64,000 nucleotides of DNA from assembly GCA_002633005.1 (NCBI GenBank), contig NMRA01000324.1, forward strand, positions 130,052 to 194,051, given 5' to 3'. The notes below the pieces were generated by a model. It was not told where the DNA came from. It saw only the letters and a list, made by a program, of their open reading frames with translations, and ran no database searches. This stretch comes from Phoronis australis (Eukaryota > Animalia > Phoronida). Below are positions 1-12,400 of the stretch, piece after piece; within the stretch, counting starts at the first letter, position 1, and each line of letters starts with the position of its first letter. The position numbers and the translations under genes were made by a program.

Positions 1-577
1 CGTACCATCACTAGAACATCTTCAGCATCCCACGTAACAAAGTAGTTTTAAGATTAGACCGAGAGCAAGGGGCTTCCAGCTGTTAAATCACAGGCGAATC
101 TGATTTTATATCATGTTCTTTCATTTCTTGTAATGTTTCCAAAATTAATTGCTTTCTTAACTGCAACAAAAATGGCGGCTCTGTAAATAAGTGACAAAAA
201 GGGAAATTGTCTGATGCTTTGGAAAAATGCATATTTTTAAAAATCGTGACCAGAAGCCGCTTCAGTGACGTTTATGGGATCTTTTATCAATAAACCAGAA
301 GACTTACGCTGATCCCAGATGTGACTGTGTATGACGTCTTTGTATGTGCATTGTAAGGGATTTTATTTTATCTTATTTTCACTTACACTTGACGAGACGA
401 AAAACTATTTAGCTGAAATTTACTAATTCATTTTAAATTGAAAGCACGCAGAAACTGGTACTACACATTTCGTAGACTGGATATTTTCATGCTTAAATCT
501 TTTTACAGCATTCACTGACATCACTGAAGTTCCAAATAAAAATACACTCACGTGTTAGCCCAGAGCACATTATACTC

Positions 578-645
578 TGCCGTGACCCGGATTTGAACCG
601 GAGGCGTCTCGGCCACGAGGCATACTAACCATTATAGTAGTTATT
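578..645 (-). pseudogene. Degenerate tRNA-His-derived sequence (pseudogene or SINE head)
   Basis: tgccgtgacccggatttgaacc...ggccac...tactaaccattata resembles the reverse complement of tRNA-His(GTG); anticodon arm and 5' acceptor stem are disrupted. Confidence 0.6.
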
Positions 646-3261
646 CTTTTTGTTCACGCGACATTGTTGCCGCTCACATTTGGTAATATTTCCATATTTG
701 TTAGCTGGCTTGATGATACAAAATAAATTTTAATCCTTGGCTAGTCAGTGTTTAGGCTATGCAAACTTCAACAGTACCACCCTGATTTCCAGTGTAAAAC
801 CCGCAGTGCCAGCACAAATGCAAATCCGATTGTCTATTTTTTATTTGTAACAATTATTTTATCTCGACTTCGACAGAAAATATTTCACCATCCACAGAGC
901 TCATTGTCATAGTCCTTGCTCCAAGCCGCCATTGTTGAATCCTGTATGGCCGTGTCGTTTCAGACTTCGTGAAGAAGTGTTCGGCACATCACAGAACGCC
1001 CTTAACCAGCAGAAATCGATGGAGAATTTTGCGACACCAGTTCTATTTTTAATAATTTTACATTGATACAGGCTTGAGACATCTCCTCTTCCTTCGTTGC
1101 GTGTCTCTTTGACTTGCAGTGTACAGCCACTGCAGGGTTAAATCCCGATCTTGACATACCTATGCACCTTTCCAGATCGTTTTTGTGAACAGAATCGTAA
1201 TTTCATCTTCATGAAATCCTTACACCTCTCATTCCAGTGTTGATAGTTATAATACAAGCAAAAAGTCTAGGATCAGAAAATTTTGAGCGTACCACCTCCG
1301 AAACCTACAAAGCACCAGATCCGTCATTCTGCCGCATCCAGGCACTCGCACAATGCAGTTCAGGCGGCAGCTGGCTGGTTTCGCCATTAGCGTCATGATA
1401 GGCCTTACTCGGGTACGACCAGTTATATATTCTGTATCCCACCTACAAAGGTCACTTTTGGAGACGGAGATTTTTCATCTTTAATTTGCTTGATGAGATA
1501 AGTTTCAACCTCGTTTAAAAAGCAAACAAACGAAACACTAAATTGCTGACGTTGGAGGGTGGGAGGCCGGGTACCTTTATGAAATGAGTGGTAACCTGGG
1601 GCATTTTGGAATGATCAGTGGTGGCCAAACGCAGAATTGAAATGAGCTTCGATCGGAACCGGGTTTTTTGCAGAGGACCACGTGTCCATTGTGCCCCCAC
1701 ACCCCTTATAGCTAATACGCCAATCAACATGCGTTTTTTTATCTTGGACTGCAAGCTTTTCTTGTACCAACAAATTTTGTCCTCATCAACTGTAGTTAAT
1801 ACGCTCATTGAGAAAAGGCGCGTGAAAGAAATAGTGTAAGCAACGACGCTGTACTGACAAGAAATGCGCATGCGCTGTACTGACACGAAATGCGCTCTAC
1901 TGACAAGAAAAGATCGCAGTAAATTGGTGAGACTTGCAAATCACACTAATTTTATTCTACTTTATGGACCAAGCTTTATGCATCACAAATTTTGCTCACC
2001 GACTTCACACCTGGTTTATGTACCGTTTGTCAACGACATTGGCATTCAGATGTCGCGGCTACAGCACAAAGAATATGTTAATATCACACGAACGCCGCGT
2101 GTGAAGTGGAACAAACATATTATATCTACCTAGTGCTCTAAATGGACTTGTTTTTGTTCAGATCAAGATTCGCCATCCCTGGGGTACGAATGAAACAAAT
2201 GTCTCATTCATTTACAAATTGTTTTTAATCGAGTCATTTTCCTGTTTTGCAAGCATTTGTATTTATTCGAAATGCTGAAACAATTCACAGTCCCAAAGCG
2301 ATCTATTTAGATGAAACCTTACAAACGGGAATACGCAATCAGTGAAAACGCCTTTATGTAGATTGTTTTTTAATCAATAGTATGATACAGTTTGTGTTGT
2401 ACAAGTCATGCGAATGTATTTAGATAACAAGGCACGCCATATTCATTGTTTGATTGACAGATGCGCACAGTCGTTTGAGGTGAGCCACTGACTCAGCGTA
2501 ATTTGTTCCGATTGAAATGCACATCTAAAATTTTAAGGCGAGACGTGATTTCAAAGATATAAAGCCTCCTTCGAACTAATCTTTGTCATTTTGTAAGCAT
2601 TGAACTGTCTGCAAAGGGGCTGCGCAAAACAAGCAATGTTTTAGTGAGATGAAAACAGGATTTCAAACACTCAAACACAGGAACGTCAAATATGACACGC
2701 AATAAGCCTAACCCGTTCCGAACGCCAATCTAACTGAACGGCATTACTGATTTGGTACTGTGGTCCGAGTTATAAATGGCCGGTCCACTATCACAAAACT
2801 CACAAAATACGACCTATATGAAACTTGTCTCAATAACTTCCATTCGAGGTGTATTCAGGGCATATAAAATGAACCGTTCATCCATGCAAGATTCTAAGCT
2901 CTTCAAGTGGGCTTCTCACTCACGCCGTATGTGACCACCATCGTCTTAATGAATATCCAACTGTTAAATTTTCTTACACACCCAAAAATCATCGTACTTT
3001 TTATCCCAGTGAGTAAAAGACGAGTTCAATTTTATAACGGTATCTTGTCCAAGTCAACAGTTCAAGGCTTGGACCAAACGCGGCGTTATATCATCGCTAG
3101 TACGAACCAAACTTACGTGTGACACCATTCAAGGTAGGGGCTACCAAATCTGCTAAAGAAAAAAGTTTACTGTGTAACAGCAGTAAAAAATACTATGATT
3201 AACTCTCTCATAGGAAAACTGACTGTGCTGTCTTCACTATAGTAGTATAGTCGTAAGTATT

Positions 3262-3658
3262 TAGTAACTAGAGACTGGTAATATAGTACCTCGTTCAGCC
3301 AATTGACTAGAGACTAGTAATGCAGGAAACCGTCCAGCCAAATATTTATCTATTACAGACTTGTAATGTAGAACCTCGTCAAATATTTATTGACTAGAGA
3401 CTAGTAATGTATGATCTCGTCCAGTCAGATATTTATTACGTAGAGACTAGTAATGCAAGACCTGGTCCAGCCAAATACTTATTGACTAGAGACTAGTAAT
3501 GCAAGACCTCGTCCAGCCAAATACAATTGACTAGAGACTAGTAATGCAAGACCTCGTCCAGCCAAATACAATTGACTAGAGACTAGTAATGCAAGACCTC
3601 GTCCAGCCAAATACAATTGACTAGAGACTAGTAATGCAAGACCTCGTCCAGCCAAATA
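3262..3658. repeat. 45-46 bp minisatellite, ~8 copies
   Basis: ttgactagagactagtaatgcaagacctcgtccagccaaatacaa; degenerate on the left, identical on the right. Confidence 0.9.
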
Positions 3659-4397
3659 TCTACAAAACTATACCTTTTAACACAATATGTTTTCTGAAGA
3701 TAGAAAGCTTGTAGAATTTTAGTTTTGACTTTATACCAAACTGCAATTAATTGGCTTACATGGCATTTCTAGTAAAATTTAACAGGCATGTTGTCTCAAA
3801 CTTTCACATTAACCCAATCCGTCATTTCTGAGACATTACCTGTCTAATATCCCAAATTTGGAAAATTTTCGAAGGTCCTACAGTTAATAACTTTCAACAC
3901 CAAACTCAACTACTATTTCTTTTTGCAAGGTTACTGTTGGCCAGAGGCCACTGCGAACAACCCCCTTAACACTTAAGACCATGGACCTATATTTGAAAAA
4001 ATTATAACATTCCCTCATTAGTAAGCAGAGCTACAGAAGGTTCTCAAAGTGAACAAAGCCAGATCATTATCAGAAAATTTTGGGACCCGGCGAATATAGG
4101 AGTGATCACAGTATCTGATTCAATGTAAGTTCAGCCAGTCATTATAAAAAAGTGCTATCTTTGATCAAAAACCTATCAAGTTATTAAGTTGGCGATTTTC
4201 AGTATATGTTTCAGATTACAATATAGGAGGCATTTTTGTAGACATCCCTGCCAAGTACCTCACAACAATTATTTTTTTTTCTAGACTGACGATTCCTGAC
4301 CAATAAGCATTTCATGCACAAAACAATGGCACCAAAAAGTTAGTCAAGACTAAAAATCAAGCTTTGTTTAATTTAACCTCGCAACTGGCACCCAATT

Positions 4398-4491
4398 TCA
4401 AATACAAACATCAATATCAAATACAAACATCAATATCAAATACAAACATCAATATCAAATACAAACATCAATATCAAATACAAACATCAAT
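4398..4491. repeat. 19-bp tandem repeat x5
   Basis: tcaaatacaaacatcaata. Confidence 0.9.
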
Positions 4492-5824
4492 TCTAATACT
4501 TTTCCTGGGCATAAAACACTAGTCCCAAATAATTGTCCCCTTAGACAAGGCTGCCTCTAGATGTTGAGATGTCAACAATATTCCTGAGAACTCAGCTACA
4601 ACTGACTCCATCATTCACTCCTTCAGTCTTCAAACTGCCACCAGGTGTCGCAGTGGTGTTATTAGTACCAGTATTGATGATGTCACACTGACCCAACATA
4701 ACAAGTGACATAAGCCTGTGTCCCCTGAGTGCATCACTTGTAAGTCATACTGAACTTCACACAAATAAAACAACACAAATATGATGTTAAAAGTGTAATT
4801 TGACTAATGTGAAGATACCATAAAACATGAATTACACATCTACAATTTAAACATGTTGCTAAGATCATTATAATAAATATCTAATAATAACATGCTGATT
4901 GTGGTAATCCTTTAATACATAAAATTACGTTAACATTACCTTTTACAAATGTCGCTCATCAAAAATAAACAGCTAGCATCAGGTCACCTGTCAACCAACT
5001 ACGATGTTTTAAACACTCCCATCACATAGCAACTTATTCACTTGGACGATCTACAACTTTCTTTGTGCAAAAACAGGAATGTCAATTCCGCAATGAAACC
5101 ATGGTCTTATGAAGTACAGCTTCCTCGCTAAATGCATAGCATTGTGTCCAGCCATTCGGCATTTTATACAAAATACAGGTCTGAATACATAACATAGCAC
5201 TGCACCTAAAACATTGTACTGTTTCCAAACCAACAACAACACTGTCTCTAAACATACAACAGTGTTCAAACATGCAGTGCATTATCCAAAATACTCCATC
5301 GTATCCAAACATGGATGCAGCGTTTTATCCAAAATGCAGCATTACCTCCAAAAAACACTTTACCAAACATACAACAGTGAATCCAAAATATATGTAAGAA
5401 CAGCTTTCTGCTTTCACTGTGAGATTTTTCAGTATGTTATAAGGCCATCAAGTGGACTACAGAGGTTTTAGGAAAGAGACATTCAACATATATTTGCAAG
5501 TCAACAGTTTGTAGCCGTCAAAATTGTAAGTAATAACATAACTACAACAAGATGAACAGTACAATAGAATGTGAAAGAGTGAGTCATGAGAACTGATGAG
5601 GAAAACGAGATTTAAAATATGATACAGTCCAGCTCGACGGTACCAGTAAAAAGAAGCCTAATACTAAAACAGCTTCTCACAAAAGTGAGAAAAATGATAT
5701 GATGATACCAACGAACACGTTGAGAGAAGAACAAAAGCTGACACCCGTACAGCATTGTGGATTTAACACAGCTGAAGAGTAGATACAGCAATATAAATGA
5801 ACATTTAACTTATCTGCACTAGAG

Positions 5825-6451
5825 CTAGGTTGTTGTGGGTGGAGTTGGGGTCATTCGCTTTCTTTTAGCCTTGGTAATACCTTGGTAACTTAGCTGAGCT
5901 TGTACATTGGGTAAAGATGACCCTTGAACCTGTTGATATGGTAATTGACTTATCACAGGTTGCTGTTGAATCTGCTGTTGCTGTTGCAGTTGTTGTTGCT
6001 GTAACTGCTGTTGATGTTGCAACTGCTGGATTTGCTGTTGTTGAATTTGCTGAATCTGTTGTTGCTGTTGCTGAAGAGTCTGCTGCTGCAGGGGCAGCTG
6101 GAGTTGCTGTGGTGCATGTTGGTGTTGTTGTTGCTGTAACTGCAAGTGTTTCTGTTGCTGTTGCAACTGTTGTTGCTGTAACTGTTGTTGTTGCAGTTGT
6201 CGTTGCTGCAACTGCTGTTGCTGCAACTGTTGTTGGTGCTGTATCTGTTGCTGCTGCTGAAGCTGCTTCTGTTTCAGAGCAAGTTGCAGCTGTTGCTGTT
6301 GTTGTTGGATAGCCTGCTTCTGCTGTGGAGTTAACTGCATGATTTGTTGTGCTGTCAAACTGTGTCGACTAGTGGCTCCACTATTGCTGCCTTGAGAAAT
6401 GTTGGACGTAGATACAATACCTGCAAGATTGAGACACTGATGACACATAAC
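5825..6451 (-). CDS. SUPT20H: SUPT20H terminal exon, polyQ-rich, ends KAKRKRMTPTPPTTT*
   Basis: ORF 5825-6448 with mixed CAA/CAG codons. The acceptor is either 6451 (phase 0) or 6420 (phase 1, stronger pyrimidine tract). Confidence 0.85.
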   Translation of the reverse strand, partial: VMCHQCLNLAGIVSTSNISQGSNSGATSRHSLTAQQIMQLTPQQKQAIQQQQQQLQLALKQKQLQQQQQIQHQQQLQQQQLQQRQLQQQQLQQQQLQQQQKHLQLQQQQHQHAPQQLQLPLQQQTLQQQQQQIQQIQQQQIQQLQHQQQLQQQQLQQQQQIQQQPVISQLPYQQVQGSSLPNVQAQLSYQGITKAKRKRMTPTPPTTT

Positions 6452-9400
6452 CTGTATATTTTATCACAACAAAATCACAGGTCAAAGATGACAATAGTTG
6501 CCTGCTTTCTGTGCTGACTGTACATCGTTTTTGTGAAATTTTAAAAATCACTAAAAGGTGACAGCTCATGTACAACACATGGCTGGATCAGGTTTATCTG
6601 ATGCTAACACCTATCAAAGAAAATACAACAGAACAATTTACTGTAGTATAGTACTCAAAATTATTTTTTTTCACATGTGTAAAAACCTGTTCATTTCTTG
6701 GAATCCTGACACATTACAGTTGTTTGACATACGCCATCTTATTTCAACATCACTTACTGGTAGCGCTAGACAAAGAACTTGGAGACAAGCGTGACAATTG
6801 ACCTTGACTCACAGGTCTGGCTGGGTTGAACAGGTGAATGTTAGGTTGACCAGGAGCGATCTGTAGGAAGGAATACACAGGTATTGGGTAGAGTTCACAG
6901 ACACGTGACTATGGTAAATATTCTTCAATATGGGACAAAAATAACTGGTAACATTGACATATTTCTATTTTTCAGAGGCTTCCCACAGTCCACATTGTTG
7001 CAAAATTTTACCAAATATTGTTTGATAACAGCTACGCCATACAAACCATGGTATACGCAAAGTAAGGTGTCCCAAAACTTTCTTTCGATGAGAAATTTGA
7101 CAAAAACGATGCAAGATTTCAGCTGTTCGCTATGTTGTGTCCAAACAGAAGTTCTTTTTGTAATCACATTTTGGACACATCATCAAGAAAATACAGTCGT
7201 GCACAAATTTGCACAGAAATCAATACATTCACATTTTCAAAGGGTGATTACCATTTTCGCCCTAATAAGTGCCCTTGCTCATATAAGCCCCCCATACGAA
7301 TTTTCAGATTTGCGAAAATAAGCACCCAGTCCATGAATGCCGTGCACATGCGAAAAATGCCTTACCTACAGTTCTAAAATTCTACAGTAATGTCTTCAAT
7401 TTATCAATAAGACCTGACAGTCCTGAAAAAAATCATAATGCGCAGAATTTGTAGACCCCGAGCCTTGCCGCTATGTCGGTATTTCGCCGTGACTATACAC
7501 TTAAACTTCCGCCATGCTTAAAAAAGAATGCAAGTTTTGCTGATCTTGCGAGGGATGTGTCCAATTATTGTCTGGCCTTTCAGAACAGATGCAGCGTACT
7601 TGTCAAAAGGATTGTATTGTATCTTTCCTGTACAGATCTCCCTCAACAGGAATCCAAATTTCTTTCTACACGTGAAAACCACAAATCTAGACTAGTAAAA
7701 ACTTGACCTCAGTTCAGTTAAAAGCAGGTGGCAAGGAAGCGCGCTACATTCAAGCACCCGTCATCGAAGATTAGTCTTCAGGAACTATCTATTCATCAAA
7801 CGGGTAGCTTAGCATCGACAAGAAATATATACTGGCCCTTATTTCCGAAAGTTTCTAATACCGTAAAAACATTTGCTTTATTTTTAACGGAATCACTAAA
7901 TTAGTCGTAATCTTGGTGTTTTTAAAGTCAAAATGACTCACTGACAACGAACACCTCCGCACCCTTACAACCCCCGAATCTCCCGAAAAATAACTGTAAG
8001 ACTGTCACGTATCCAGTTACCTGGCGACTCAATGACATCAGCCTTACCGGCCAAGACAATAATCGAACTTTTTTCAGCAGATGAGATCAACAAGTGCTAA
8101 ATAAAACACGTTCTGCTTTACTTCTTGTGTTAATTTCCTTAGTTACAATGCACACATAGATCGTTACATCGCATTTATTCTGGAAAATGAACTCTGATGA
8201 CACGTACACGCTTGCTCACTCACACAATACGCAGACAACTTCAAAACAAACAACATGTGTGTTCGTCCAGAGATTTTTCTCGTGTTGCGGAGTACGATCT
8301 AGCGCAGATTTGGACTTAATAAAATTGCAGTTAATCCTGACTCCACAGGAACTTAAAATGCAATTGTTGGTGTATTAGGCCAAATATCTACAAAACTACA
8401 CACTTTGTAAAAGTGGACATTTTATGCAAGTAGAAAACCTAGAACTTTTAAAAACAACTCCAAACAGCACTGTGTAGAACAATGCACAAAGCATACTATT
8501 GGAAAGAAGCAAATCAATCCAGTCAGCCATGTTTGAGACATAATATTCCGAAGTTTGCCAAACTTGGGTCATTTTTTTGGGGGGGGGAGGTGGTGAATAA
8601 TGTTAAATCTCAATCCATGTCCAATGTAAACTGCAAGTAATGCTGGCCAGGAACAACTCTATAGTGCCATAGTTTATTAGAGTTGATGCAATATCAGAAA
8701 GAAGACATTAATTCAAATTATCTTCAAACCAAGGAAACGGTAACAAATCATTAAACACTAGTGACGAAATTTAGATTCACTGAGAGCTGAAAATTTCAAA
8801 ACAAAGCACTAAGCAAGTGCTGACAATTTAAAAAAAGTTCTAAAAATATATCAACTCTGCCATTAATTATCTGGTTGCTTAGAAAGTATTGCTCACACGG
8901 CTTATTACTTTAATGTCTGAACTCACCAGAAGAGGTCCTCGGATACCCTGCATGTTTCCCTTGATGTTGGTTACAAACTGCGACTGACTGCCTCCTAGGG
9001 GGACGGAGAACACCCCCTGGGGATTTGTAATGACGGGGGTCGTTGTAGTGACACCTGAAATACACCGCAGAAATTCCAACACATTTATTCATAAGGACAC
9101 GCAATGACAAACAATACTAAAGAACTTGAGATGATTAATTCGAGATAGAAATGGAGCATTGTAAGTGGTCTTTGCAGCATCAGAATCAACACATTAACGA
9201 CTTTTCAGATCTGAGTGTGCATCTCATGCAACCTTGAAGTGAAGTTAGAAGCGAGTCAGAACTATAAGTTCACTTCTGGTAAAAATTCTTCAGAGAGAGA
9301 GGGAGGGAGGGAGGGAGAGAGAGATTGCTTATTTTTACTTGGAGCTAAGCTCATCTGTACACGTTCAGGCCCCCTCCACGGAAAAGGTCCAGCCCCAGCC

Positions 9401-12400
9401 TATCTGTTAAAGATAGATACATATAAACAACAACAAAATTGTTGCAGCTACTGGTACTACCAACTACAATGATAACTAAGTTAGTAAAAATTTTGAATTT
9501 GCTTCTGATTCAAAGCGCTTCACGTAATCATCGGGTTGCACCAGGCCAACTTCACCCAAGTGGTATTTGTGTACATGACAGGATTGTGCAGACGATTAAA
9601 GGAGGCTTTATGACTGTTACTCATCAGTATTGAACACACGTGGTGGTTACACTGTAGGGTAACAAGGGAGTCTAGATTAGTAAATTTCTATACCTAGACA
9701 AGCTATGTAGCAGTGTGAGAGCTCCCAAAAAGTCACAGTGCAGTGTCAGTGAATGCCTTAAAATCGACTAAGAAAGAAAACAGCAGAAAATAGGTTTGTT
9801 ATCTGATATTGCTTGCTAGCATAGTATGGTAAAGGGCAGTCGTTTTCAAATTTGGAATTGAAAATGTTCATCAAATACAGGTATGTTTTTCATCCAGTGC
9901 CCAATTTGATTGTGAATTGGTGGATTAACATGCATGCGTGTACACGTGTGTGCGTTTCCGTCCTTTTAAATTCAGTAGAAGCTGACGGTAAGTTCACTAT
10001 AGGTAGCCCTCCGTCGTTGCTCAAAAACCAGAATTTAACTATAACCGTGTTTGCTTGCTCTGAGAAAACACCAACGAGCACGTTCACACTTTTGGGGTAA
10101 AGTAGGTCTAGAACCAATAAAAACTTTTGTCAATGGAGATATAGACTTCTCTTGTCAATGGAGATATAGACTTCTCTTGTCAATGGAGATATAGACTTCT
10201 CTTGTCAATGGAGATATAGACTTCTCTTGTCAATGGAGATATAGACTTCTATTGTCAATGGAGAAATAGACTTCTCTTGTCAATGGAGATATAGACTTCT
10301 CTTGTCAATGGAGATATAGACTTCTCTTGTCAATGGGGATATAGACTTCTCTTGTCAATGGAGATATAGATTTCTCTTGTCATTGGTGTCAACAGTGCAC
10401 AACCTAACAGACTTCATACAAGCAACTAACTTGATGGAAAAGATTTCCAAGGTTAGATGCCTTAATTCCGAAGGTTCGCTACTCCGAAGGTTCGCCACCT
10501 TCGAAAGTTCACTATTTCGAATGTCCACAATTCCAACGCCAGAAGTCCGACAGTTATTTTTTTCTTAAACATAAGCACATTATATCCAGGCTCTAATTCA
10601 CACCCTTGCACATATTCACTAGTAAGACCGAGCTCAGAGGAGTAGGAGACACCTTTGTGCAATGTTTGATTGTCAGCCAATGATGCCACGATTCAAACTC
10701 GCGTCTTGCAAACAGGAGTCCCCACCTCAAACCACTGAGCCACTCAGTTCATTATTAAAAACCGGACGTATGCCGCAGAAATGAAGAAGTTCATGATAAA
10801 CCAACGTTTCATCTATTCGTTAGACATCATCAGGATATTTACACAGGACAACAAGTGCCAACATACATCTCAGGTGACATCAATGAAGTGAAGTGAGAGA
10901 TACAGAGTAGTCAGTAGCTGGTCATCACCATAGTAGCAGAGTCACTGAGCTCTGCATGTTTTTCACTTCATTATACTCTGATTTTCTGCTAATGAATCGT
11001 AACAAACATGGATAAATTATTGAATTTGTGTCCATTTGCCAATCATTTAAAGGCTGTGCAAAAGTTCACTTTGTCTAGTTCTTAATACATTGATTTCATT
11101 TGGCAATCATTTAAAGGGTGTGCAAAAGTTCACTTTGTCTAGTTCTTAATACATTGATTTCATTTGGCAATCATTTAAAGGGTGTGCAAAAGTTCACTTT
11201 GTCTAGTTCTTAATACATTGATTTCATTTGGCAATCATTTAAAGGCTGTGCAAAAGTTCACTTTGTCTAGTTCTTAATACATTGATTTTATTGTTTACAA
11301 ATGAGCTCGGTTTCAATCACTGTCAATCATGACTTCTTGAATCCAACTAACGACTCATTATCAAGCAGGGACAACATCTGGGGCACAGGTCAGGGCAGCC
11401 GCGACCAATGGTTTTAAATTTAAGAAGACTGAATTGGGCTCAGTGACTTGGTGAAGACTGGCAGGGACTGGGTAGCAGGGGCTGGGTAGCCTGCTTAACT
11501 ACATTTAACTTGGACCCATCGTGTGCACATGCCTGTCATGAGTGAGGTTCAGGTGCAGCGGCCATAAACTTTTCAGTTGAGCTGTGAAATGATGCGACCT
11601 TGACATGGATTTGATGAATATGTCGTGGTTGATAATTCATCAATATTCCCACTCCATATTTTTTAAAATGCATTAACGTTCTAATTTTTTTCCGTGTTCG
11701 TAAGACATGCAGGCAATATCGCATGCGCATGAAGTCCAAAACAAAGTACTTTAATACCCGGACGTAGTTTGGTAAAGGTACACCGTTCAGTGTATGCATC
11801 ATTCATTTTTGCATATAAAGGTGTAGTGGGCTGATCCCATTTCAACTTAATTAACAAGCAAAAATATAACAACTAGATAACAATGAATTTCTTCAAATTA
11901 TTCTCCAACTAAACATTTCTGTCTGAGTAGGTGTAATCACTCATTTAAGCATGCCTGATTTGAAAATTTGGCAGAAAGTAACGCGAGAATATTTTGGACC
12001 ACATTACATCAGACTTGAGTCCCGTTCTTTGCCAGCAACCATCACAGCATCCTCATCTCAGGTATTGCTAATTCCACTTCATCTCCAAAACGGAGAGCTG
12101 GGAGTCATCGTTGTGTATACAAATTTCCCTTTCCCTGATTAAGTTGTGTCAACTGAGGGCCTTAATGGAAACTCCACAGTGTTGACGTTTGCAAAATATC
12201 AAAGGTCCACCGTTCAAGAAATTCGAACCACCCCCTGCACAATGTTGGCTACGAGGCTGATGTTACATTGCAATAGTTGATATAGATGTCAATTTCATGA
12301 TCAGATGTTCAAAACATATACATATTTACACATTTACAATTGTCAGAATTTCTTGTGTGAAATCACAAACTTTTATCATAAATAGGGATAGCCCTTTCAG

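Noticed and set aside
578-645. Functional tRNA-His gene
   Set aside because: Anticodon arm and acceptor stem are disrupted; kept only as a pseudogene.
920-2100. THAP-like fragments on the minus strand (CAEHF, VICKSH)
   Set aside because: Motifs too short and broken to support a call without a profile search.
5917-6312. Val/Ala-rich plus-strand ORF
   Set aside because: Antisense shadow of the SUPT20H polyQ exon.
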